The notes under the pieces were generated by a model. It worked only from the letters and a program-made list of their open reading frames with translations, ran no database searches and was not told the origin of the DNA. The position numbers were made by a program, and so were the translations under genes. Source: Hypanus sabinus (Eukaryota). Taken from it: DNA of 64,000 nt. The stretch spans positions 66,092,001-66,156,000 of the forward strand of contig NC_082720.1 of NCBI RefSeq assembly GCF_030144855.1. The letters run 5' to 3'. Shown piece after piece: positions 39,356-52,132 of the stretch. How positions within the stretch are numbered: position 1 is the first letter of the stretch; each line of letters begins with the position of its first letter.

Positions 39356-41686
39356 GTAAGTCCTTCAGAAAGGAAGAAATATTCCAAACACAACACTGAC
39401 ACTTTGTCGTGATCTTCTACTTCCAATACCCCAGAGCTCCCCCCACCTCCCCGCCCACAAAGTCACCTGAACCATTTGTTACTAAATAGTTTGAGCTCTT
39501 GAGGATGCAGCTTGAGAGTGGTGGCCACGTCTCTGGATGACACAATTGGAACCTCACTCCCTATAACACCCTGGTTCTCTCTGACAACTCTTCCATTGTA
39601 TTCGACTCTCTCTGTAGCATCAGACTCCTCAGCCAGCTCGGATAACTTCACGCTCCTCAACACTGAACTGATCCCACAACCTATAGGTTCACTTTCAAGG
39701 ACTCTACAACTCATGTTCTCAGTTTTACTTATTTATCTATCTGTCTATTTACATCTTATACTTGTAAAGTTTGTCTTCTTTTAAGCATTGGTTGTTGCCA
39801 ATCTTTGTTTCTGTGTAGTTCTTTTCATTGAGTCTTCTGTATTTATTTTATCTACTGTGAAGGCCCACAAGAAAATGAATCCCCAGGTGGTAAATAGTGA
39901 CATCTATGTACTTTGATATTGAATTTATCTTGAGTTCAGAGCTTTTAAACAGGTGAAGTCAGTATAAGTAACCATAGAATGATAACATTATTTCAGAAGA
40001 TACAAAATTAAAATAATTTCTGAGAATGCAGGAGAATTTACAAGAATGTTCAAAGTTCAAAGTAAATTTATTATCAAAGTGCAAATATGTCACCATACAC
40101 AACCCAGAGATACACTTTCTTCAGGCATATTCTATATATATATATACACACACACATACACACACACATACATACAACAAATCAGAAAGGTTCATTCCTT
40201 CTCAAATTGACCAGCAATCCAAGAGTCAAGGTCACATTGACTTGGGTTCTAAAAAGGAATATTTTTTTTTAATGTTGGACACTTCTGGTGATTATAGTAG
40301 GATGTCACAAAATAATGAAATGAGTATATTCAGAGGAATACTTTAAAAGATTTGACCTTCTCACAGAGATAATCCCATTAATATTTAATGAAAATTCATC
40401 TCATTCATTTCCCATCAAATAAATAAATTACTATTTTGTTGTTAAATTTTGATTTTCTCCTTCAAAATGCTGTATACCTCACAATCTACCAGATGCTTTT
40501 GTGAACGGTATTAAATGAGGCTAACAACTCAAACGAAATTAGATTATGGTAACCAATGAACATAAGGCAATGCAAATGATCAACACTACAGTTTTTGGAA
40601 TGTCTTTTAATTTTAGCAAAAATATTTCAGGCAATCAGCATAGTGAAGAGCAAGCTATGTTTTGCACACAACTTATAACTTCAATGCATGACATTCAATT
40701 TAACAATTTAAATTTGGCCACCATCTCAAAGAACAATCTGCATGTGCATCTGTGTAATAAAACTTCCCATCCACTTTTACTGGAGTTCTGGCTCATGTGA
40801 AGCTGTAAGATCTTGACATAATATTTTGACTTTATATTATTGGTAATATAACTTTCAGTATTTAACTTAGACAAAGAATATTACTGAAATACTAAGTACA
40901 CAGCATATTACTAATACATTAAAATATGGAAAAAAGTTCAAACAGCTAACCTTATTTTTCAATGAAGATTGGGAAACTACATTTGAGTGAGCTGGGTTGG
41001 CTTAACTGAGAGGTCAAGTACAAAGAATATCTATTCTCAAAATTCAAAGTAATTTTTTTTTATCAACTTACATGTATGTCACCATATATAACCAAAATTG
41101 AGTTTATAATGGAAGACTCAGACTCCAGGTGTGTCCATGTCTGCTGGTTCTTTTTAATCCGTTACAGCGTATGTAACAAATGTCACACAACAGAGTTAAT
41201 CTTGCAAGACCCTTTGCTTTGGAAATAGAAAGCTTTGGTTTCAATTCCCCATTATGACCTTGAATGTGTAATTCAGACCAATGCTTCATGGAGGCCATAA
41301 AAGTTGAGACCAGTTTTGCTGGTAAATTGAAAACATTTTGAAGGACACAGGGAGCTGGCTTGGTGAAAATTCAAGTTCAAGATCAATTTTATTGGCATTC
41401 AACTATACACGTGTATACAGCAAAATGTAACAACATTCCCCTGGGACCATGGTGCATAACACCGTACATTTATCATAAACAGCATGAAAATTAATATTAA
41501 TACAAGTAGATTAAGAGACAATAAGAAAAATCTTCCCTAAGCTATTAGCAACATAACTAATAAGCTATTTTATTTAAATTTCAAACCTTGGTAATGTTAC
41601 TCACCTTAGACTTAATCCATTATCTTTGCTTTGTTAAGGCCTCTGTATTTAAAATCAAATTCTTAATTTCTATCTCATCTCTGCAG

Positions 41687-41740
41687 ATACAGAGGAAGAT
41701 ATTCATTATGGGTCCATCTCCTTCTGGACGAATGCACCAG
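41687..41740 (+). CDS. Cytoplasmic exon with ITIM: DTEEDIHYGSISFWTNAP
   Basis: ctcatctctgcAG / CCAG|GTAGT; 54 nt, phase 1-1; homologous to - strand exons 52133-52237 and 62303-62389. Confidence 0.85.
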
Positions 41741-42194
41741 GTAGTAAAAAGACATAGTTTTCCAACTCTTCTTTAGGTTCTGATTTCTTTTAATTAGCTG
41801 AGTTTTATTAGCACTGGGTCTGAAACCCTGTTGACTTTGGAAAACATATAACAGCATCAGACAGTCCTGGGATAAAGTACTTCACTCTGTCCATTAATAC
41901 ACTGTGGGTCAGACAACTGAGCCTTGGGTGGTAGCACAGCCTTGCCTGAGTGGAGTCAACAAGCCTCCAGAGATCTGGGCCGACATTGCAACTCAGTAGT
42001 ACATTATTGGTAGTGCTGTCTTTCTGGTCAGAGGTTAAACCTTGACACTTGTTGTGTAAGGGACAACAAGTCCCTAGCTAAGTTATGAAGTAATGAAAGG
42101 AATTTTAAGTCTAATGTCCAATAGCAATTAACATAATTAAGAAAAGGGCCTAAAAATTTGTTTCAGGAAAATCCATTTATACATGTTATGTGTT

Positions 42195-43425
42195 AAAGAG
42201 CACGTGTTAAAAAGCGTTCGGATGCTGTTCATAGACTTTAGTTCAGCATTCAACACAATCATCCCTCAGAAACTGATTGGAAAGCTGAGCCTATTGGGCC
42301 TGAACACTTCCCTCTGCAACTGGATCCTAGACTTCCTGACTGGGAGATCTCAGTCAGTCCGGATCGGAAGCAGCATCTCCAACACCATCACACTGAGCAC
42401 GGGGGCTCCCCAGGGTTGTTTGCTCAGTCCACTGCTATTCAGTCTGCTGACCCATGACTGTGCTGCAACACACAGCTTGAACCATATCATCAAGTTCACC
42501 GATGATACGACCGTCGTGGGTCTCATCAGCAAGAACGATGAGTCAGCTACAGAGACTAACGGACTGGTGCAGAGCCAACAACCTGTCTCTTAATGTGAAC
42601 AAAACAAAAAAGTTGGTTGTTGACATCAGGAGGGCACGGAGCGACCACTCCCCGCTGAACATCGATGGCTCCTCAATAGAGATCGTAAACAGCACCAAAT
42701 TTCTTGGTGTTTACCTGGCGGAGAATCTCACCTGGTCCCTCAACACCAGCTCCATAGCAAAGAAAGCCCAGCAGCGTCTCTACTTTTTGCGAAGGCTGAG
42801 GAAAGTCCATCTCCCACCCCTCATCCTCATCACATTCTACAGGGGTTGTATTGAGAGCGTCCTGAGCAACTGCATCACTGCCTGGTTTGGAAATTGTACC
42901 ATCTCGGATCACAAGACCCTGCAGCAGATAGTGAGATCAGCTGAGAAGATCATCGGGGTCTCTCTTCCTGCCATCACGGACATTTACACTACACGCTGCA
43001 TCCGCAAAGGAAACATCATTATGAAGGGCCCCATGCACCCCGCGTACAATCTCTTCTCCCTCCTGCCGTCTGGTAAGAGGCTCCGAAGCATTCAGGCTCT
43101 TACGACCAGACTATATAACAGTTTCTTCCCCCAAGCTATCAGACTCCTCAATACCCGAAGCCTGGACTGACACCTTGCCCTATGGTCCTGTTTATTATTT
43201 ATTGTAATGCCTGCACTGTTTTGGTGCACTTTAGGTAGTCCAGTGTGGGTCTGTTGTCTAGTATAGCTTTCTCTGTGTTTTTTTTTTACGTAGTTCAGTC
43301 TAATTTTTGTACTGTGTCATGTGAGCCATGGTCCTGAAAAACATTGTCTCATTTTTACTATGCACTGTACCAGCAGTTATGGTCGAAATGACAATAAAAC
43401 TTGACTTGACTGGACTTGACTTGAC
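42195..43425 (+). mobile_element. Rex1/Babar-type LINE, relatively well preserved 3' part
   Basis: ORFs 42183-42593 and 42502-43170 ([26 protein letters not shown]); (gactt)n tail. Confidence 0.9.
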
Positions 43426-44140
43426 ATAGTGAGTATTTGTTCTCATGTTTTTTCAGTACTTATATTCTTGCCAGAACAGTTTTTGTCATAAATCACACTA
43501 ACACCATTTTCTTTTCCCTGAGAAAATTTATACATGTAATATTAATATCAAAATATTTATTTTCTGGCTTCCTACCCTTTCCTTTCCAGTCCTGATGAAG
43601 AGCCTCATCCCAAAATGTTGGCTCTTTATTCCACTCCATTAATTTTGCTTGATCTTTTGAGTTCCTCCATCATTTTGTGTGTGTTAATTAAAATATGTAT
43701 ATTGTTTACATATCAGATAATTTGGATCAAAAGCCATAATCATTTACAGTCTGTGTTATTAAGACACATTTCAACGAGGAGAGCCATCATCTTGAAACCA
43801 GTGGAATCTGACTAACCTAAGCTGTCCCAAGATTCTATTTTATGTGTATAAAAACATTTTCAGTTTCTTTTTTTTTTCTGTACATTTTTCATCCCAAGAA
43901 CTTGCTGTACACATTTTAGGCTTCTGTGAACCATTCTTAGCTCAAGAGGCAAACTGCCCACTCCATACTCTGGAGCTTTTCCCTCGGGAGGTCCGTGCAC
44001 CATTAAATTAATTTCCTCATATCCTCCCTCCTACACAACCCTCCCCACCCCAAGATCAGTGATCTCCCGGCAAATGTTTTTTTTGCATCTTTCTGAACCC
44101 CCCCCCCCCCCACCCCACTTGTTTTGCTCCATCTCCACAG

Positions 44141-44152
44141 GTCAGCAGATAG
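44141..44152 (+). CDS. Candidate 12-nt phase 1-1 cytoplasmic micro-exon (GQQI)
   Basis: ttgttttgctccatctccacAG|gtcagcagatag|GTaac; keeps frame between 41740 and 46373. Confidence 0.4.
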   Translation, partial: VSR

Positions 44153-45100
44153 GTAACATTGCACGTGTTCCTGATTATGACAGTATGCTCATGTGAGAGT
44201 GGTACTTCTTTTCAAAATATACTTTATTCAACATATTGTAAAAGCAAAGGTCAATCATTTTCTTAAAGCAAGGATGTCCTGATTTCACAGTTTATGTGAT
44301 GACATATAATCTGATGTTACAGCATTGAATCAAGTTGGATATAGACCAATTTTTGGACTAGAGTACACGATCATTCTCATATAACTTTGTGGAAGCTTGC
44401 TTTGCCAACTAGATTACTGGGCTTCTTTCATTGCAAAAAATTATCACAATCCAGAAGCACTTAATCACTGTGGAGGATATTCTGAGATTCTAAAAGCCTC
44501 TGCCTTAACTCACATTAGTTAGTTATTCAAGAACTTCAAATAAAAAATTACGTCATGAGCAAAAAGAAAGCATTCTGCCTCTGTATCCAGATACGTGCAA
44601 TTTACAGAGCAACCCAAGATTACTGTTGTACTTTGAAGGAAAATTCTTAAGTTCATGGAAAATCCAGATGTCTAGGTTAGCAAATATGCAATTGGAGACC
44701 TTTATTTTCTTAACTGGATCTGAGAACGCAGGCACTGAATAACGAATAAAGATCAGATGTTTGAGCCACATTTTGCAAAATGAAATGCTTAGCAACTTCA
44801 TTTAGACCGTGAAAGAGATTTATACTTTTTACTTTGTTCATTTCATTTTTCCACCAACCTCAGAATATCCACATGAGATTCCCAATTTAAAAAAACTTGA
44901 GAAAATATCATGAACAATGTCTGACCAAAACTGTATAGTGTTAAAAGCGAATAGTAGAAAAACGCTGCAATGCAGCAAGCAGAAAATGCAGTGACTACGG
45001 TCCCCCTTTGAGAATCACAGAGATGTCGCACAGGGAAATAGGACACTGGTGAGAACTCCAAGGAGGTAGCAGTTCAGTTTATGATCTGCACTGCAAAATA

Positions 45101-46246
45101 CAGTGGATTCTGGTTAATTGGGATGCGTCAGGACCAGTACATTTTGGCCCGATAATTGGCTGCCCCTATTAACTGAAGTTTCATGGAGATAATTTAAAAG
45201 GTATCAAAAAAGACAAAGTTTAATTTAACTGAGTATCAACTTATGTATTTAAATCTAGGGTTCCCAGCCTGGGGCCCACAGACCCCTTGCTTAATGTTAG
45301 GGGTCCATGGCACAAAAATGAAATATGGATAAAATAAGCACACTATCAGTACTCTGGTGGCTGTCCATCATATCCACTGATGTCAGGAAATCTGTACAGG
45401 AGAGTTTTTAAAGTTAAAAAGCTGTTGCACAGGGGAAGTTCCACTCTCTTAACTGCAGAGGTCTAGATCCAGAAAGACGAGTAGTTGTCACAAGGGTCTT
45501 CCCTGTATACAGTGGAGAACTATGATTTCATCTGTGCCTTGTCATGCCCTTTGCTCTCCAAGATGTGTTGCAGAACCACCTTCCTGGCCATTGAATCTCA
45601 CTGTAGATCTCGTCTATCCAGTCTATCAGAGCTAACTTTGCATGCTAGGACAAGCTTGTCCCTATCTCACTGGCATTTGAGACCCACTGGCTACTCTCAC
45701 CTGGTTTACCCTGCCATTCAAAGCAGTATGTCAAGGTGTGGTCACCATCACATACAAACAGCTACTTGGAGGCACAGGTGAGAGCTGAATGTCTGGTGGG
45801 GACTAACAGCAACATTCAATCGTTTTTGTAGTTTCTGACTTGTTAAAGTAGTGGAACTGTTCCATTTTCACTCCCGGCCATTCCAAGCCTGAATGCATGA
45901 AACTACAGTGAGCAAAACAGTTCTGAATTGTCTTACTGCTTATTTCTCACCAACGATCAGTGACACAAAACAGTGCTTTTTAAACACAAACACACATAAC
46001 TGATGCTTTTCAAAAACTGTTGCTCCTAGCATGCTGTAGTGTCTAACAACCACATAATATGCACACGACTGACACTAGTTTGAAAATGTTTGGCAACAGT
46101 CTTCTGCACAAATTAAGCAGCATATTGCCCCCAAATAAATGAAGAGAATCCCTGCTATTTTCTTGATTTATTTTTGTTCTTTAAGATTTGTCCAAAATAA
46201 GCAGCTGCCCTGATTAACCATTGGCCCAATTAAACAGGACCCACTG
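45101..46246. mobile_element. pogo/Tigger-like non-autonomous DNA transposon
   Basis: TA|cagtggattctggttaattggg ... cccaattaaacaggacccactg|TA. Confidence 0.8.
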
Positions 46247-46372
46247 TATTCAGTTTCACTGTTTTCTGTGACTCTGGTGTGTTCAGGATATTTGTACCTT
46301 ATTTTGTTAATTCTGCTATCAGAATATATGGCAGTGTAAATTTTTAATTGTGATTCTTTTTATTCATCACAG

Positions 46373-46416
46373 GACACAGACAAAGTCTACAATCTGCTAA
46401 CCAACCTTCAAAAACT
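46373..46416 (+). CDS. 44-nt cytoplasmic exon GHRQSLQSANQPSKT (phase 1-0)
   Basis: tattcatcacAG / AACT|GTAAGT; same length and phases as 52005-52048. Confidence 0.85.
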
Positions 46417-46547
46417 GTAAGTACATCGGGTCTTGTTGGAGACTTCCCATATCTGTCAATATTTATAAAGGTGTTTACTGATGTGCAGGGATACAACAAC
46501 AAATAATTTCCAATTCATTTTTATTTTTTGATTTTTTGATTTGTCAG

Positions 46548-46616
46548 AACCTGGTCTCTTCAAAGGAAGATCATTCATCTGTCATCTATGCGCAGATAGC
46601 ACAAACAAATATTTGA
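46548..46616 (+). CDS. Terminal exon NLVSSKEDHSSVIYAQIAQTNI* with a second ITIM
   Basis: ttttttgatttgtcAG acceptor, phase 0, stop TGA 46614-46616. Confidence 0.85.
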   Translation, partial: NLVSSKEDHSSVIYAQIAQTNI

Positions 46617-46922
46617 ATAATCTCCCAAAAAAAAGATGGAGTTTGATGCAGGGAATGAAGCAATTTTGTGAACTGTTCTTTGAGTACTTGCTATGAATTA
46701 ACATAATCAATTATCAGGCTTTTTAATTACCAATGTAACTTTTGAATAATGGGTTGGAAGTCGAATCTCTTAATATTGTTTTATTATTTCCTCTTCATTT
46801 CTGCAGATGCTATGTAAAATGGAAGTAGATATGTATATTGTGCAAACAAAATTGACCATTTTAGGTAACTTTGCTAAAGAATTCAACTAGCATTTGAGAA
46901 TTGCAATATGTATCAATAGTTG

Positions 46923-46928
46923 AATAAA
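46923..46928 (+). promoter_or_regulatory. Candidate polyadenylation signal of the + gene
   Basis: AATAAA about 300 nt downstream of the stop. Confidence 0.35.
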
Positions 46929-48169
46929 GTACAGAATTCAACTTAAACCAGGGAGCTTCCTTTTATGCATCTTGCATAGATAATTGGAAATACCTTAAGT
47001 TGTTGAAAAAGTAAAAAAAAATCACCATATAATCTACATAATATTTAAAGATATGTCTTTAGGAATCAAACTGCTGACCGTGTTTGATATTGATGTCCTC
47101 TGAAAACCCTTGCACATAAGATCATGAAGCACCATGCAAATTCTTCTTGCTATACTATGTTCAAACAATAAGATTTCATCATAAGACCTTAAGACAGTGG
47201 AGCAGATGGTCATTTGGTCCATAATGACTTCTCTGCTGTTTAATCATAGTTAATTTATTATCCCCCTCAACCCCATTCACCTGCCTTTTCCCTGTAACCT
47301 TTGACACACTTACTAATCAAGAACCTATCAACCTTTGCTTTAAGTAGCCTCTTCTTCAGATCTATCTTTAGAATTTGCTCAACTGGTGAGTTTCCAGTGT
47401 TTCCTTCTAATCTAACAAGAGAAAACAGCATACGATTGAAGAATGATTCATCCTTCATTATTATACCAATTCCAAAAATTTCTTGTGAAAATTGGATAAA
47501 AAAGGATGGAGAAATCATAATCCCATTATTCTAATACAGCTACCTTTTACTCTGCAGGCCTTAACAAATTTACAGGGTCCAGTTTAGCCAATTGTTTAAA
47601 ATGATCCTGACTTCAAGTATATTGAAGCTAGTTGGTGTCACTGCAAGAGTTAAATTTTAAATGACTACTTTCTTATTTCTTATATAAACTAGTACCAGAA
47701 TAACTATCCAAACTATATTAAGTACAGAAATGGGACAGGCCATTTTAACTGGTCTATTTAGCCAGGACTCTCTTATTTTCTTAAAGTACTGTTTGTTACT
47801 CCTCCTAAGCATTCATTATGTATAAGAATCAGTGGGCAAGCATACATTATTTTCAGGTACTAAACCTAATAGCCAAGTATATTTTATTGCAGGATGGGGC
47901 ATAAATTGCTGATTTTAGTTGATATTCAGATCTAAAGATTCAAAAAATAAGACTAAGAAATCAAATTTTATACTTAATAAATCAAGTATCAGAAATTTTC
48001 ATGAAATTCAGCTTTTCCTTTTAATGCAGAATAATAATTCGGGGTTGCTCTGTGAATTGCAAATGTCTATAACTTGCACAAATGGCTACAGTCTGCTTTC
48101 TTTTTGCTAATGACAGCAATTTTTTTTAAGTTCTTGAATGACTTTCTGTAAGATGCAGCAACTGGTTTA

Positions 48170-48708
48170 CCCTCAGTTGCCATTTTATTTCGTACCTCTT
48201 GTACCCGGTAAGGTGGCCACTGTGTGTATCCTTGTGGTCTTCTGCCATGGTAGCCCATCAGCTTTAAGGTTTGATGTGCTGTGCCAATTCAGAGATATAG
48301 ATCTGCACACCACTTTGTAACATGTGGTTACTTGACTCACTGTTGCCTCTCTGTCAGGCTGAAACGTTCTGGCCATTCTCCTCTGACCTCTCTTATTAAC
48401 AAGGCATTTTTGCCCATAGAGCTGTTGCTCACTGGATGTTTATTGTTCTTCACACCATTCTCTGCAAACTCTAGAGACTGCTGTGCATGAAAATCCCAGG
48501 AGATCAACTCAAACCACCCCGTCTGGTACCAACAATCATTCCACGATCAAAGTCACTTAGGTCACATTTCTCCTCATTCTGATGTTGGTCTGAACAACAT
48601 CTGAACCTCTTGAGCATTTTTAATGCATTAAGTTGGTATCACATGACTGGCCAGTAAGATAATTGCATTAACAAACTGTCGTACTTAATGGTGTGGCTGC
48701 TGAGTATA
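48170..48708. mobile_element. Tc1-derived non-autonomous element (copy of 1991-2543)
   Basis: Colinear similarity with 1991-2543. Confidence 0.7.
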
Positions 48709-49214
48709 TAGAAGTCATTATCAGTGCGTAGTTGAGGGATTCAGTGCACCGATGATGGCTTTTTGATCGGAGCTGAAATGTCTGCAAACATTTTGCCAAG
48801 CTCGGCGATCAACCAAACTTCCAGACAACCCAACCTACCAATATTCTGCAATATTTCAAACTGAGTGCATACCTTTGATTCAACATGTTGAGAATGTGTA
48901 TTAGTGAATGAATTAGAAGCCAAATAAGTAGCAAGGGAACAAGGTTAAAGAAAAACAGTGATCATGATTTCAACAATGTGATTGATATGGTGGGGAAGAA
49001 ATGGAAATTTGAGGTTTGAGTTGCAGTAGATATATTTTCCTATAAATAGGTTATTTTCCTAGAAATGCTGGCAAGAAAAGGAATCTCAGGGCAGTAGTCT
49101 CACATACATACTTTGAGAATAGGTTTACTTTGAATTTGAATAATTGTGGCAAGGGACATACACAATTGCTCTCAGAAAGTGCTAATACTTGATGGGCTGA
49201 ATGGCCTCCTTCAC

Positions 49215-51020
49215 TGTTGAGAGGGAGATAAGAAGATTCATCTTCTTATGGAGTATAAGAAATGGCAGACAATGCTTAAGAAAGAAATCAGGAGGGCTAA
49301 AAGAAGGCATGTAGTTGCCTTAGCTGACAAGGTGAATGAGAATCCTAAGAGATTCTACAGATATGTGAAGAGCAAAAGGATTGCAAGGGACAAAGTTGGT
49401 CCACTGTCAGATCGGAATGGTGATCTATGCCTGGAGCCAGAAGAGATTTGAGGAGATTTTAAATAGTATTTTTGCAACTGTATTTACTCAAAAGACAGAC
49501 ACAGCATCTACAGATGTGAGGCAAAGCAGCAGTGAGGTCATGGACCCTACGCAGATTGCAGGGAAGGAGGTGTTTACTGTCTTGAGGAAAATTAGGGTGG
49601 ATAAATCCCCAGAGCCTGACAAGGATTTCCCTTGGACCCTGTGGGAGGCGAGAGCAGGGACCTAAATCATCATTAGCAACAGGTGAGGTACTGGAGAATA
49701 GGCAGATAGCTAATGTTGTTCCACTGTGTATGAAAGGCAGTAAGCATAAACCAGGAAATTTTAGACTGGTGAGCCTGACGTCAGTAGTATGAAAGTTATT
49801 GGATGGTATTCTAAGGGACTAGATAGATGAGTATTTGGATAGACATGGCCTAGTTAGGGATAGTCAGCATGGCTTCATGCATGATAGGCTGTTGATCAGC
49901 AATGTTATAGAGTTTTATTATGGAAGTTAACAGGAGAGTTGATGAAGGCAAGGTAGTGGATTTTGTCCATATTAACTTTATTAAGGCATTTGATAAGCTC
50001 CAGCATGTAAGGTTGGTGAAGAAGGTTCAGTTGCTTGACATTTAGGATGGTGTAGTAAACTGGATCTGGCATTGGCTTTGTGGGAGAAGCCAGAGAGTGA
50101 TAGTAGATGGCTGCCTCTCTAACTGGAGGCCTGTGAATATTGAAGTGCCACAGGGATTGGTGCTGGGTCTGTTGTTTGTCAAAAATGATTTGAATAATAT
50201 GGTTAACTGGATCAGTAAATTTGAAGATGACACCATGATTCGGGTTGCAGTGGACAGCAAGGAAGACTGGCAGAGCTTACAGCAGGATCTGGACAGCTGG
50301 TAAGAAAGGGCTGAAAATAGCAGATAAAATTTAATGTAGACAGTTGTGGGGTGTTGCACTTCGGTGGGACCATAGGAAGGCAGGGTCGTAAAGAAAGCTT
50401 TTGACTCTTTGACATTCATAAATAAAATTATTGAGTACAGGAGATAGGATAATATATTGAAGTTGCATAAGATGTTGGCGAGGCCTAATTTGGAGTAATG
50501 TGTGCAATTCTGTTTCCCTACCTACAGAAAAGATGTAAACAATGTTGAAGAGTACAGAAAAAAGTTACAAGGATGATTCTGGGACTGGATGACAGGTTAT
50601 AAGGAAAAAATCAACAGGTTATGACTTTATTCCTTGGAAAGTAGGAGAATGAGTGGAGATTTGATAGAGCATACAAAATTTTGAGAGCTATATATAAGGT
50701 AAGTGCAAACAGGCTTTTTCCACAGAGGTTTGGTGGGACGACTAGAAGTCATGGGCTAAAAGATGAAATGTGAAAATTTTAAGGAGAACATGAGGGAAAA
50801 CTTCTGAGTGTGATGAGAGTGTGGAACAAGCTGCCAGCACAATTGGTGCATTCAAGCTTGATAGCAATATTTAAAAGTAGTTTGGATAGTTACATGGATG
50901 GTAGAAGTATGGAAGGCTATGGCCCAGATGCAGATATATGGGAGTAGGCAGTTTAATTGTTCAGCAGAAACTGTATGGGCTGAAGGGCCTGTATTCTGTT
51001 CTGTACTTGTCTATGACTCT
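49215..51020 (+). mobile_element. Degraded CR1 LINE
   Basis: EVPQGLVLG, KFEDD and CR1 3' UTR remnants. Confidence 0.85.
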
Positions 51021-51824
51021 TACTACAGCAGTAAAAATGGAGGAAGAATGCAGCTAGTCATCTTGCATTCCATGCCTCTGCACCCTGACCTGTCATGGAC
51101 TGAGTCTTGTCTACTAGTGCATTAGTGTCCTCACCTTAAACAAAGCCAAGCACAGGCTCCTCCAATAAGGGAATCCACCCTAAAATCACAGAGTATGTGT
51201 ATCCATAATTGGCTTTTACAGCCACTTTATGATCCTTCAATAGACAACCTCTTTTCTGTTGGGAGAACACCATACTCAGCTTGAGTGAATGCACACTACT
51301 ACTCTCTGCCTCATGGAGTTATTGCAGAGAAGGGTGAAGTAATGGTCATATCTGGGACTAATGTAATGTCATATTAATGATCACGATACTAAGAAGAGCA
51401 AGTGAAGGTAACATTCAAATTGGGCCATTTATTTGAATAGATATACAGGTTTGAATGACAGAACAGACCTCCTCAGTTCTTATATTCCTTTGCCATTCAT
51501 GATCTAGATGATATTTGCCACAACACTTTGATCCTTATTACCTGGAGAACACATCTTGATTTGGGAGTTATGTTTCCTTGATTGGCTTAGATATTCCATT
51601 ACTTTCTGATATGTAACACAAACTGAATTGATCGCAACAGGATTATGTAATAATTCATTCTATAGCAAAAAATGTCCTTGTTTCTTCCAACTATATTTTT
51701 CCTCAGATTATTCAAACCATAATGCAATATTTTTCCAAAGATGTGGTCTAGCTTGCTGTGTCTGTCCCACGTTTTTTGCTTTTATTTCACATTTTCATCA
51801 TCTGCAGGTTTTGCTTCTCCAAAC

Positions 51825-51892
51825 TCAGATGTTCTTTTGAGTTATGGTGCCAAAGATTGCAGATGACCCATCTCCATCTGAACATGTTGACT
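51825..51892 (-). CDS. Terminal cytoplasmic exon of the convergent paralogue: STCSDGDGSSAIFGTITQKNI*
   Basis: Aligns with SSVIYAQIAQTNI* of the + gene; homologous frame needs the second AG (start 51890) of ctcAGAG, while the first AG gives SQHVQMEMGHLQSLAP*. Confidence 0.75.
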
Positions 51893-52004
51893 CTGAGCAA
51901 GTATGAAGATGAAGTGTTAGATTTTACAGTGATCTCCATTTTCATACCATATAAAGCTAGTCAGGATGTTTAGCCAAGTTTATAAGTCAATAATTTTTAC
52001 TTAC

Positions 52005-52048
52005 TGTGTCTGCAGAATGCAGTTTGGATTGCTCATTGAGGATAAGAT
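52005..52048 (-). CDS. 44-nt cytoplasmic exon DLILNEQSKLHSADT (phase 1-0)
   Basis: cctcaaAG / CACA|GTAAGT; length and phases match 46373-46416. Confidence 0.82.
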
Positions 52049-52132
52049 CTTTGAGGATATTGAATACTGGAGTTAATACATTTGAATAAAAAGGGATTAT
52101 ATTTTTCTTATACAATATAACTTGTAAATTAC

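Larger units (their letters stand above)
21032..46616 (+). pseudogene. Multi-Ig receptor gene with CD4/LAG-3-like (V-C2)n ectodomain and two-ITIM tail; three frameshifted exons, no TM exon found
   Basis: Nine or ten exons with canonical AG/GT sites and compatible phases (listed separately); Ig hallmark residues; ITIMs IHYGSI and VIYAQI. Confidence 0.8.

Noticed and set aside
40546-40800. 84-aa + strand ORF as the missing TM or cytoplasmic exon
   Set aside because: No hydrophobic helix and no suitable donor.
44864-45048. Strong acceptor at 44863 with a distant GTGAGA donor
   Set aside because: Early stops in all three frames and no homology to the - strand tail.
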